This document shows, piece by piece, positions 22,160 to 35,049 of a stretch of DNA of 64,000 nucleotides. Position 1 is the stretch's first letter, and every line of letters begins with the position of its first letter. Under the pieces are notes generated by a model. It made no database searches and was not told the DNA's origin. It worked only from the letters and a program-made list of their open reading frames with translations. The position numbers and the translations under genes were made by a program. Origin of the DNA: Chrysomallon squamiferum (Eukaryota; Animalia; Mollusca). The DNA is taken from contig CM022674.1 of the NCBI GenBank assembly GCA_012295275.1, positions 9,300,001 to 9,364,000 on the forward strand. The letters are read 5' to 3'.

Positions 22160-22789
22160 TAAATTCCACGAAATTGTCCTTCTAAAATATGCTTCGTGCT
22201 ACATCTTTTTCAAAACAACTAAATTACCATTTCACAACTTAGATTATTTTTCCAACGTTCCGTCAACCAGCTGTTTCTTTCTCAATAATGAACATGGAAA
22301 ACCTATCCTTTCAGCACCTGATTCTCATGACAAATGCCACAAAATGCTATGTTGTCACTGCGAATTCGAAAACGGTATCTGCATGGAATACCGATAAACA
22401 TCAAGTTATGGCAAGTTATTATAAATTCCTGTACTTGAATATAGTTTTTATTATATAATGATTTTGATATATTATAGCATATGTATAATATGTATGTCTT
22501 TGAAAGTGTTTCTCTCTGTCTTTCTGACCAAATTAATAAACCGTATCATAGCATACAGTTAATTTTTAAAAAGATAGAAAAAAGGAAAGTTTATAATTAT
22601 TTTTTTTTTTACCAGGATGAGCTTATCATTCAGATCAGTTCGGGAAAAGATCTCGAGCCAAGTGACGGCAGTCTTTTACATCGGTATCATGACTACATCG
22701 CCGTTGTGGAATGTCTTCGCCACGACGTTGTCGTTGTTCATTACACATTTGGGCAGTTGGAAACTACAGATCAGAGAGAAAACAGTTAA
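21129..22789 (+). CDS. Small secreted protein C (~120 aa), divergent BRICHOS-like paralog of A/B
   Basis: Exons 21129-21170 MFFTLLIILASFSF (same 14-codon signal exon); 21860-21910 VTPSFYKGFHFEYHNRH; 22315-22410 HLILMTNATKCYVVTANSKTVSAWNTDKHQVM (GC donor gcaagt); 22616-22789 DELIIQISSGKDLEPSDGSLLHRYHDYIAVVECLRHDVVVVHYTFGQLETTDQRENS*. Same intron positions and phases, and both Cys conserved. Confidence 0.85.
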
Positions 22790-24245
22790 AAACAAGGATT
22801 TTTATAGAAGAAACTAAATCATTTAATTTCATTTTAATAGACGATATCTCTGCAGGGTGATGAAGTAAATAAACAAAAAAAGTAAATCATTTTACTTTAT
22901 AAAAAGAGAATCATATTGAATAGTTTTAGTAGATTTAACGTGTTATAAACTTCATTCTGATTTTAGGTTATCAGACCACAGATGTGTATGAATGCACACA
23001 CACATGCATGCATGCACGCACACACACATTCATACATACGTATACATAAATGCAATCGCATGAATACCAATCACATATGTAAATACATACAAACACACAC
23101 AAACACACACACATCTTGGAATATAATCTGTATTTAATTCTTATTTTAGGATATTAAAATTTAAATAATAATAAAAACAATTATCATATGCGAATACACC
23201 TAAAGCAGTATTTATCTCGTGTTACTCGCAAATTAGAAATAAAGATCTGGAAACTCTCCAAGCATTAAAGTAATTATTTGTTATGTACAATGAGGAATCG
23301 GTAATTATCGGGATGTCCCGTGTAACCGATTCATATGCTCTACTGCAGAACCGGATTTGTTCATATTTGAAATCCAGGTCATCGCATTAGTTTCTGTTAA
23401 GTTTTTCTGTCTCGGTAACCATGGCATCAAGCGGTTCTCCATTTTTCCAAGATTGCGGAACTTACATTGGGATTAGACATTCTTGTTAATAGGTTATCTA
23501 CTGTATCAAAGACGTTGTTTGCCGTTTCGAAAAACTTTGAAGAATTTTTGTAAGCACTGTGAAAACTTGAATTTCCTGAAATGAGCGGTATGTATTTTCT
23601 TTAACTGTTAATGCTACAGTATGCGTTTGAAAGAGAGCAAACTGTGCTGAAGTAAACGGCCTTTTCTAACTGCATCACCCAGTAGAGAGATCGCCTGGTA
23701 GATAGATTTTTGACCGGGTTTCAACAGTTTATATAAGTATTGCTCTTTCCGATTTTCAGCGCTGTTAGCCGTTAGGTGGGTGCATTTAGAAAACATAGAG
23801 ATTATTATAGACATATATAATTACATATATCTGAAAAATATGGCAAAATTTGATGACTAGATACATTTTCACACAAGACGTAACTATATTTACATATACA
23901 CTGTGTAAATATATTGTTCGAAGTTACTTATTTACGAATTACTTGCTTGTTTAAATCTTTAAAGACCATTTTGAAAACGGATTTCATTTTAGAAATGAAA
24001 AATAAATTGCTCTTTTATTTTTTTAATTACTGCATTTTCATGTATAGTGACAACGAAATCAATATGCATGAATCTACTGTTGTCCACAGAGATGAGGTGA
24101 GATACAAATCCGTTTATTTCATTTAGAATTGCAGGAGAGAAAAAAAATAACATAAATAAAAGTAAACTACAACAACTGCAGTAAAACTTCAAATACAACC
24201 CCCCAAAAACTGCAACAACTGCAACTTATATCAAGATATCAGCTT

Positions 24246-24296
<51 letters not shown>

Positions 24297-25009
24297 CACA
24301 TGCACACTATTCCAGTCACTGAAGCCGGGCTTTATTATATGCTGTCTACCAGAGGACACACAATAACTGTCTTAACGAAAACATTATGTTGTTTAGTTCG
24401 TATTAATATCAAAATCAGAGAAATGCTTATAAATATACCATAACAATTCAAAAATAAAATTTTAATATCTCGGTTAATTCCTGGGAGCTATTTATGCTAT
24501 TAGACCATCATTTAATGCAAGCTTTCCTAATATCATAAATAACTTAATATCATTTGTAAATGTCAAACCATTTTGACGCTCATAGGTTTGAATACCATAA
24601 ACAGCTTTGTAAATTTATTACTTGGCTAGTTATAAAAAGCGGTTGGATATTGTAACTAAGCAGGAAAATTATTAATGCTATGTCTTGTCAATCCAAAAAA
24701 AAAAAAAAAATGCTTTTTTGAAATATTTATGTTTATTTATATAGAACTATATTTATATGTCACGTCTTTACGACTTTGTTTAATTTTTTAAATTTATTTA
24801 TTGTAAGCTTGAATCGAACATAGCATCTTTGTTTATAAAGCATTATTTTAATTAGTTGTATCCAGAAAAGCAGAGCATTTCGCGTTATTATTGTTATTTA
24901 GTTACTATGAATAACCAGCGGCGGACTTTGGCATGTTTAACAAACTATATTTTAGGTTCTTACAGGCTCTCAGACTCTGTCAGTCTCTATTCGTCTCTCT
25001 GTAGCTGAA

Positions 25010-25048
<39 letters not shown>

Positions 25049-25717
25049 TAGAGACGGGGGAGATAAACCGGAAGGAAATGACGTTCAAGAGATTAATAAT
25101 CTCGAACCACCTGTTATTGCCAGGCTCAAGACATCTGTTTGCTATAAAGTGTGGCAGGTTTCTTTGATAAAGCTGTTATGTTTGATAAAGTTCGCTACTG
25201 ATAAGAAACTTCACCATTAACTCATGTCTCGCTAAAGCTAAGCCTTATGAAAAACAGAAAAAACAGTATCAAACATTATATTTTCTTGCGTTTTAAATCA
25301 GCCAATTATCAATGAATAACTGTTTCTTTTTGTTGTTGTTGTTGGTGTTGTTTGTTCTTGTTATTTAATAATTTTGACAATCTTTAATAGATGCAAGTCT
25401 AATAAAATATTAAAACTAAAGAAGACGGTTATAAACTTGTGTAATATGAATTAATCAATATATAAATGAGGTCCAGGTTAACAATTTAAAATGCTACTGT
25501 TAAAACAAATGAAACAACTCTTTTTCTGTGTGTTCTGTTCTATGCAGGTATATATTGGTTTAGATGGTCAGTTACAATAATTACTGTTGACTCTACAGTC
25601 TCAGAGATTCCATGACTTCTGTTCCCTGTCCATAGGACATTAACCCATCGCGACAATATCTCCTAGAATAAACATCAAGGTAAGAACGGTTGCCAACCCT
25701 AAGTGATTTCCTATTCT

Positions 25718-25780
<63 letters not shown>

Positions 25781-26422
25781 CATCATCATCATCATCATCA
25801 TCATCATTATAATGATGTCGATGATAATAATAGAATAAAGAAAATAATAATAATAAATACATGATAAATCCACGTTTTAATATTTTACTTTTTGAAAAGT
25901 ACTTAGATTTGTTGACAAAGCCAAATGAAGAAACGGTTTTATTTACGTCTTATTTACAGAGCAAATCACTGTCTAAAGATGAAAGATTTACACTTATAAC
26001 GATAATGGAAACTACTTACTGATTCTTTCAAACTCTTAGCATTCACTAACTCTCTCAAAAAGAGCAGTTAAACAAATAATGACGATTCTACTACTACTAC
26101 TACAACTTTTATTTTAATTTGGTGTATAATAACGATACAGAGCTATCTATTATTAGGAGATTAAAAAGAAAAAAAAGAGGAAATCTTACCTTTTTTCATG
26201 CAGGTAATGGATGTAGTTAAAACTGTTGTTTTCTCTCTTTACAATGCATTTGATCTTCGAGTTACTGCTTTTATACTTTTATAACAACAACAACAACAAC
26301 AACAACACCAGTTATAATAATGGATCATTAAAATACACGGCCCAAACAATTTATATAAATACGCAGTCATTTTGCTTACTACCTGTGATTTCGTCCATAG
26401 ACTGAAAATAATATTATTGCAT

Positions 26423-26474
<52 letters not shown>

Positions 26475-27370
26475 ATATATTCGTTTCAAATAGAAGCTTC
26501 TAAGAAATTAACTGCAACATTTTTAAACGTGATCAGTTAAATTGACACCCTCTTTCCATACTTCAGAGAATCTCTGAAACCATTATAATGTTAAAAATGC
26601 ATTTGACGTGAGATTTTTTTTATTTTTATATAGCAATTGTCTGTGACACTCCTTAGAAACAGAACAATTTTTCAGTTACACTCTAAAGTCACACTATCAT
26701 TCAGAATTGTGTGTACAAATTAATTTTGTCACAAATAATCTTGAGGTTTCTGCCGAATGTTCATTTCCAAAATTGTGAAAACTCATAATTCATCAGGATG
26801 TTTTCTAAATACGTGACGAATACTGGACCAGCAACAAACAAACAAACAAACAAACAATAAATAAATAAATAAATAAATAAATAAAGAAGGAAAGAAAGAA
26901 AGAAAATAAAGAAATATAATAAAAACAATGAAATCCCTCAAAACAAAAAACAAAACAAAAGAAAAAACGAAAAAAAACGAGTATAGGAATTCATTCTATC
27001 TGCTGTTAACTAATTGCAAAAGCTCTATTATTAATATTATTATTATTACTGAATTAAGGTATGAAGTTATTACCATTCAGGTATTAGAATTGCAAATATT
27101 ATTATATCTGCCTAATTTATAATTATATAAGCGTAACAAATAATGTTTGATTCAGGAATTTTTCACTAGAAGTTAATAATAATTAATTTTATGTTTAGAA
27201 ATATTGAAATAGTTAATGTTTAAAATATATTATGGTATTAAAATGTTAGTGAATTATCTTTCACTTATAATTAATTTTCATTTTCTCCAAAAGCACTGAT
27301 ACTTTGTTATACATATTCAAAAACAATATGTAATATTTTATGCCTTGCAGATCACCAAAACGTAACGCCA

Positions 27371-27747
27371 ATGATAGCAAATATAACACAAATTCAAATC
27401 GATGACGAGAAGGACACGGACGGTCAATCATCGACGACAGCAACAGTGGACCAGTCATCAGTTATTACGGCACAACCACGTCCTCAGAAGTTAACACGAG
27501 TAGAACTACTGATGCCATTTGACGAGGCTCACAGCGAAAGAGAATGGTCGTCTGGTCTGTTCGACTGCACGTCTGCAAGAAGAAATTGTACGTAGTAAAT
27601 CGCTAACATATATACATATATATTTATAAACCTACACATAAATAAATTCACAGAACACGATATTAATTGTATTTAATTTTAGTTAAGTACTTGATTTTTA
27701 TACATTTCTGTCATGAAACACACACATACACATATACACAACACAAA

Positions 27748-27795
<48 letters not shown>

Positions 27796-28191
27796 TTCAT
27801 AGCTAATCTAATTTAAGTTAGCACTTAGTCACACTATTAAATAATTCTTTAATCTAAAACACACACGCAGACACATTTATATACAGAAATAAATAAAAAC
27901 TGGATATTGCAGTGTGTTGCATGTGCTGCTGCTGGTGTTACTACAGATATATGATCTCTACGCGATTAGGAGAAACACCTTTCATGCCACATATACCGTG
28001 TGCTGTCTTCGCTCTTAGAGTTAAGGTCCGGACACTGTTCAGTATAAAGGTCAGTACGCTTTTTATTCATTCCTGCAATGTCTACTGCTACTTCTGCAAA
28101 GCTACTATTACCCCTACGAGTATTACTACACCTAGTATAACTACTGTTAGTAATACAGCTGATGTTAATGATGATGATGATGATGATGATG

Positions 28192-28238
<47 letters not shown>

Positions 28239-28552
28239 TATTATTATTATTATTATAAAGCAGTACAAACTCATACATATTGCTTTACTAGTTTACACAC
28301 ATATACATACATAATTTCACATACACATACACATACATATCTACAAAAGAGAATACAAATAAATCAAGTATGTACGTATGTGTGGATAGACATGTAGACA
28401 TGTAGTAATATAATTTGCAAATATACAGTGTTTATAGAATATAATACTGTATTTTACAGGGCTCACTTATAAAAGACTTTTACACCAGCTTGTGTTGTGA
28501 ACCGTGCGCTGTGTGTCAGATGACCAGGGAGCTGGACAGCGTGGGCTTGTGA
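27371..28552 (+). CDS. PLAC8/cornifelin-family Cys-rich protein
   Basis: Exons 27371-27587 (VITAQP...REWSSGLFDC), 27913-28049 (LCCMCCCWCYY...RLGE...ALRVKVRTLFSIK), 28460-28552 (GSLIKDFYTSLCCEPCAVCQMTRELDSVGL*). WSSGLFDC and CCxxCAxCQxxRE are PLAC8-domain hallmarks. Confidence 0.92.
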
Positions 28553-29539
28553 AATAACAGAAATAGTCAACATTGCTGGCCAGCTCATATTAAAAACATT
28601 ATTTTTAGTCAGCAGATTTCTATAATATCCCATCAATAATTAATGATTTTTTTTTTTGATTTTTTTTTTATCTGTAAATCTAATTTTTCAGTTAATAAAT
28701 TTCTTATTCGAAATAGCTATCGTCAAATCACGTCACAAACTTCGGAAAGGATTTAACCTCTGATTGTTTATTTTAAATAATTTTAAATAAGTTTTGATTA
28801 AAAATAATTATGAAACTATTTGTACACGTCGATTTACAATTAACATTTTAAAAATGATTTATGTGTTGACAGATCGTTTAATATGTATTTTAGATAACAA
28901 GAGGGTGCTCAGTTCTATTTTAATCGGTTATTATTAACATTAAATTCTTATATAATTTCATATGAATGAAATAATGTAATGATATTAATGTATATACTTA
29001 TTAATGTTTTTTTTTTTTTTTTTTTTTTTTTTTGGATTTAGCTCGATAACTTGTTCATTCTTGTTCTTGGATTTATTATCTTTTTGAAATAAAATGAAAT
29101 ATTTATACGTTAACCATAAGAATTTGTGTATTATTTTAACTAGTTTACTAATTTATGATAATATTGCATCTGTGAGTTAACTTGTAGTTACTGATTCTAC
29201 GCCAGAAAAGTTAGCAGAATCAAAAACCTTATATTTAATAAATCATTTCGAACAGACTTTTTAAAATAAGAATATAAAGAAGTATATTAGCGCAAATAGT
29301 TTTCAACAGAAATTATTTTTATAACTTCATTAAATATTAAATCTGGACAGGTATAGGATAGAAATTTTGTTTGTGCTAAACATGCTGGTGAGGCACATGT
29401 TAATATACAAATAATAATAACAATAAAGAAATACCACAGATTAAATTTTTGTATGTATGAGTACACTTCACCATTCAACAAAACGACAGTCGTCGTCACG
29501 CGTCACTGATATTTAGTGATCACCTAAGTATTTCTTTTT

Positions 29540-32500
29540 ATGGCTGAAGGTACGTCTTGTGTTTGCCATTATATCTCTTTATAAATAACTTCAAAAGTTT
29601 TTTGAAGAGAGAGATCTAGTTCCTTTATGTATTTCACTTGGTAACAAATCAACAACACAACCTTAATGCATAGTAATTCGTTAAGTGTAACACGGGTTAA
29701 ATTAACCTTCTAATTTTACTGAATATGGTGGAGAAAAGTTTATATGGTAGATATTTAACAAACATTATTTTAAATAATTTAGATAAATATCTCGATTTCT
29801 AAAGCTAGCATAATGTTTTGTGAGAGAGTTGGTCACGTAATAGTTGGAACAGATGGGACATCAACCGGTTTGATATCCAATGTTTTAGGAGAACTTTCAG
29901 ACCAAGGACGACTTCTGACACTTAATCTTCAAACTGTTACTGTCAGAAATGTTCAAAGTGCAACTACATTTGGCAATTCTTTTAATAATTTTCACGATTT
30001 TTCTAAAACCCTTAGCATTGTCTTGCGCATGGCTATGTTACGTTGTACAAACGTTCCTCAGTATATTTGGGAGACGCATTTGACCACCAAAGCGGCCGAT
30101 CGGAACATCTCAAGATTCCATTACTATTCAAAATGGTTGGATCGCCGAGATTTCAAATTAGCCGAAGTGAAGGAAGATGCCAGGTATTACTGGAGTAGGT
30201 TTGATCAACTTTTTCCACCATCGAGAATAGAAGACAAACTCCGAGGAACTGGCGTCGGAGAACGTCGCGAACTTTCAGGAACTATCCTGTTAATAGATCG
30301 GGATTTGGAAGGAGTGGTTCAGATTACTGTATATGCTGACATTGTTAAGAGAGACTGGAGAGGGACAGCTTTCGATACTGTGGTTAAGGTTAGTTGAATA
30401 TATATATGTCATTTCTATTTTTATTTTTTTATAAACTCCAACACTGCAAAAAATTAACATTAAAAAAAAAAAAAAAATTAAATTAAAAAAAACGAAAAAA
30501 AAAAAACGAAAAAAAAAAATTCATTGAACAATCTATTTATAAAAATAAAAGAAATATTTATAAGAATTACTAATACACATTCAGTCAAACAATTCTACTG
30601 TTTAATTATACTCATAATCAAAAGGGCTGATTGTAAGCTACTGACTTTATATCCATTTTGTAAATGTGATCAACCGAATCCATATTCTTTTATTTTCTAA
30701 AACAGTTAAAATATAATATTAGATGATTGATTTTCATTCGTTATTATTATTATTTATCATTTTTTTAAATGTCGTACTGCTTTAATCAAGATGTAAAACG
30801 TTTTTGTACAGACAAGGAAATTACGATTTTTTATTCATTTTGTTGTCTGTAGCTCTTAGTGACTGCATGAATAAATGTGAAATAACGAATACCGATACTT
30901 CGTTTTAAACTGTCATCCACTGTATTAATATGGTACTTTTTAAAAACTCTCTCAGTGAAATTCAGTCCTTTTCCATAACCGATATGTGTTAACGTACGAC
31001 CAAGTTACTCACTGTGACCAAGGTAACACAGTGAAGATGTCAGAGAAGATGACACTATCCCAATGCCACTCTTTTTTAATTCACAATGAATCCAAATAAT
31101 TATTTATTATTTCTACGCATGATAATGATAATAATATTAAAATATTAAACATACTTTAACAATCTGGGTTTTTTTTCGAAAATCCAAAATAATCTCCGTT
31201 GAACAAAACTTCAGAACACCATGCTTTAACATCTTCATTTATTACCAGTACAGACAAGCGCAAAAATAAACGAATAATATAATATTAGTAATTCAAATAA
31301 CCATTTTCGGGATTCTATCTTTTGATATACAATATCAGTGTCATTTTTGAGGGACATTTCATTTTTGTTTAGTAAAGACCAGCTAAAATATGCAAAGCTT
31401 TGAATTTGTATCTCAATTACTAGAGAAAGAGAAAGAAACAACCCTTGTTCAATACAGCTTTAATACAGAGCTTCTAACGTCGAGTCTGGAAACTACTTCT
31501 AGGACGCTATTCAAAAATATCTTGCTACCTCTTCTCGTCCTGTATTTCAAAACTATCACAAAGGACACTGGTCTGAAAGCGAACACGTTATTCCAGGCAT
31601 AAGGAATGTGAAGTGCCAGCCCTTGGTAGAATCTGAGAAAGTCCTTATGCTTCCATTGTACTATTGTACCATCAAAACTGGGCTTGACAATCAGTTTCTG
31701 AAAACAATGAATAAAGACGGCGAATCTTTGAAATACATTTCCAATGTATTTCCGCATCTGTCAAAAGCGATAACCAAAGGTGCTGTTTTCACAAGATGCT
31801 TCAATCACAAGAAAAAAATTACATCAGAGGAACAAAATGCTAGGAGGCTTTTTGAGAAGCAAATAATCTCATGAAATCGTATAACATTTCTAATAATAGT
31901 GAAAGTACATTTTTGTGACTAAAACTAACACTCTAGAAGTAGTAACATATTTGTAATCAGTAGACTTTAAATAAACATAATTAACAAACAAAAAACCCCA
32001 CATAACTAAGAATTCTAAAAATTTGTGTACAATCAATAATAAAGTCTCGTAACTTCAGAGCTTGTGAAGCAAATAAATCTACTATATTTGACATTAATAA
32101 AATTTCCTTAAGGTTTGTGTTTTCTGATATTCAAAATTTTAATAAAATAATAATAAATAATAATATATATCCCCCAGCCAGAGGAGTATCCAGGTTCTAA
32201 ACTGTAATCCAGAAATATATGTTATTTTAATTTACAACGTAAAATAAAAGCAAAATGAAGCGATGTGAATCTCTTTTATCTAGGTAGTAGTTGACTCTCT
32301 TTCAATGGAGCCTGTGAACTGAGAGGCTGAAAATAATCAGTCCAGACAGTTCTTTCTGGACTTGCGATTAAATAATAATAACAATAACAACAACAACAAC
32401 ATAAATAAATAAAATAATAATAAATTAATAAATAAATACAAGTGAACAAAAGGTTTTAAAAATTGTTGAAAAGTCGCCATTTTTTTAAAATGTGGGCCGT

Positions 32501-32585
32501 AGCTCATTTGCTCCCCCTCAGCCATAGGTAAATCTAAGATAAGTTATTTTTTGTATGAACATTGTCAACATGCTTTAAACTACTA

Positions 32586-32644
<59 letters not shown>

Positions 32645-33163
32645 CAACAACAACAATAATAACAATAGTAATAATAACTAATGCATTAAACTTAAACTTT
32701 TTCTTCGTATCAGTAAAGGTAATAACTAAAAAAAATATACATTTTCTTAGTTACCCAAACAAAATATTAAAATTTATCGGTGTCCTGTTAGATGAAAATA
32801 AATAGTGATGCAGAAATAATGGTTACAGTTAGAAAATAAGATCAGTCACCGAAATCATAATTATTATTATGATTGTTGGTAACATTACTACTTTACAGTT
32901 TGCTATATCGATCATGATACTGTTTTCAGGTTATGGTTCTGCACTACGACATTCTACCCCTTGCTGACGGGCCGTGGATGACCCACTTGAAGAAACTACT
33001 CCACAACGGAATATCGTTCAAGAAACACGTCACGTGGTACATGAGCGGCATGCCGCTGCAGGAGAAAGCATTGACATTTCGTGACTGGGAATATATTACA
33101 TGGACACATCGTCAGCAGATGAAAGATTGGATACGACAGCGGCTGCGACTTGTTTGGAAATGA
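29540..33163 (+). CDS. Uncharacterised ~275-aa protein
   Basis: Micro-exon 29540-29549 (ATG GCT GAA G|gtacgt), exon 29805-30388 (long open frame, AAG|gttagt), exon 32930-33163 (ttttcag|VMVLHYDILPLADGPW...RLVWK*). Phases consistent; GC content above flanks. No domain recognised; micro-exon is less certain. Confidence 0.78.
31380..32030 (+). mobile_element. Degenerate DNA-transposon relic, probably Chapaev3-like
   Basis: PLVESEKVLMLPLYYCTIKTGLDNQFLKTMNKDGESLKYISNVFPHLSKAITKGAVF resembles, from memory, the transposase motif PLV..EKILLPPLHIKLGLMKQFVKA.DK.G..FKYL...FP.LS.AKIKEGIF; fragmented and frameshifted; lies in an intron. Confidence 0.55.
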
Positions 33164-33927
33164 CAACATTACGGAATTATAACATGCAAAACTGTTTTTA
33201 ATGTTTGTTTTATTAACAAATTATTTATTTATTTATTTATAATTATTTTTTTCTCCCTCTGAATATCTCATAATCATAATTATATGGGATATTAGTGTAA
33301 TTGATTCTGTTTAGGGAAAGAGAAAAGCGACAAATTACAAATAGAAATAAAGTAGAAGAAAAATATTTTATTTTATTAAAAACAGAATAGTTTGAGTATG
33401 ACCATACATCCACTACCTGTGTTACTGTGGCGTCCATCATTCCGGCAATCATACATTTGCCAGTTTGTTAAAATATTTGTCACCTGAATGCGAAGTAACA
33501 GTATTGGATCGATTGCTTTAACGTATTATTTGTTTACTGCATATTGATTTAATAATAATAGAAAGAAACATTGAAAATGAATACAGGAATTATTCATGGG
33601 TGTAAAAAAAATAACCAAACCTTATAACTGAAAATTCTTTTGTTTCAGATTAGCAAAGTCTGGAGAAATCGATAGTTTATTAAATATATAAGGCATACAC
33701 GTTTTCAGATATCAGATGGTGAAAATAAATTTAAGATAGTTAACGTTTTTTAAACTAATAAATTTAAAGACACGATTAAAAAATATCGAAACACCAGCTC
33801 TAGGTAATTGCTGAATATAACTGCGAGAAAAAAATCTAGCTAAACTTCTTTTTATATTATTACTTTTTCAAAGCTGTCATTCTCATCTTAACTGGTTTAA
33901 TTATTTGTCAAGAAATGTAACTAGCTA

Positions 33928-33958
<31 letters not shown>

Positions 33959-34818
33959 TTTATATCTAATAAAAATTTGGTCATTTAACTTTATAACTAA
34001 AAGTTTACCAGTATTTATTATTTTTATTTTTATATATGTATTTTTGGTGCTTTTGATTTTCTTTTTGATATTATTGAGGGTTTTTTTGGGGGGGTTGTTT
34101 TTTTCTGGTTACATATTTAATTCAGCTTCTGAATTTATTTTATTTTTGTTCTATTTATAATTTTATTTTAAAACATTGATTTAAAAAAAAAAACCAAAAA
34201 AAAAAACGCTGTACTTTCTAATTAGCGGGACCCACTTCAGTTTCAGGCCCTGGTTTGTCAAATCAATTTTCCTTTTGATAGACAGTGTACTTGCAAGTGT
34301 TCATTCACACACATTTATTCCATTTTTTTTTTAAATTAATGAATTTTTTAAATAAATTAATTATTTAAATTTATTTATTTTGTTCAAATTAGACGATATA
34401 TTATTCAAAAAGAAAAGAACACTTTTTTTTTCTTTTCTTTTTTTATATACATATTCAGTTCCTTTGCTCATTTACTGGTGAGAAGAAACGACTGGTTGTG
34501 ACAGACGATTCTACACTGAGAAGTTCCAAATCCTGGCATACATGTCGTTGAAATCTGCGTAAACAGGATTAAACAGGCAAAAAAAAAAAAAAAAAAACAA
34601 CAACAAAACACACACACACATACACACACAAACAACAACAAAAAAGAAGAACATCAAGAGTTTATATCATGCAGTACTTAAATTCAAAACCAGCAGTTAT
34701 TATATATCATGTCCTAAATTTCCGTTTGATTTGTTCTGTTAACCATTTATTGTCATTTTAATGCCACAGTAACGCCTAACATTTGCTTGATTATTTAAAT
34801 CTATTAATTTCTGCAGGA

Positions 34819-34862
<44 letters not shown>

Positions 34863-35049
34863 CATCTCTTGCCAGAACGTTAAAATGCCACAACTGCGCA
34901 TGCCCTATCGGAACTCGTGCCGAAATGGTTATGAAATGTAAAACCGGTTCATGGCACAATATCCATAGCTAATTTTAAAGTGAAAAATATACTGGCGGCT
35001 AAAGCTGTATCCTATCAGGGCGCGAGCGACACGACACTATTTATATCCT

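Noticed and set aside
25078-25157. Upstream coding exon for the PLAC8/cornifelin-like gene
   Set aside because: Its ATG frame is out of phase with the main ORF when spliced to 27351; at most a 5' UTR exon with a uORF.
25593-25873. Poly-Y, poly-I and poly-D ORFs
   Set aside because: (AAT)n/(CAT)n microsatellite readthrough; same applies to 27966-28274 and 17416-17667.
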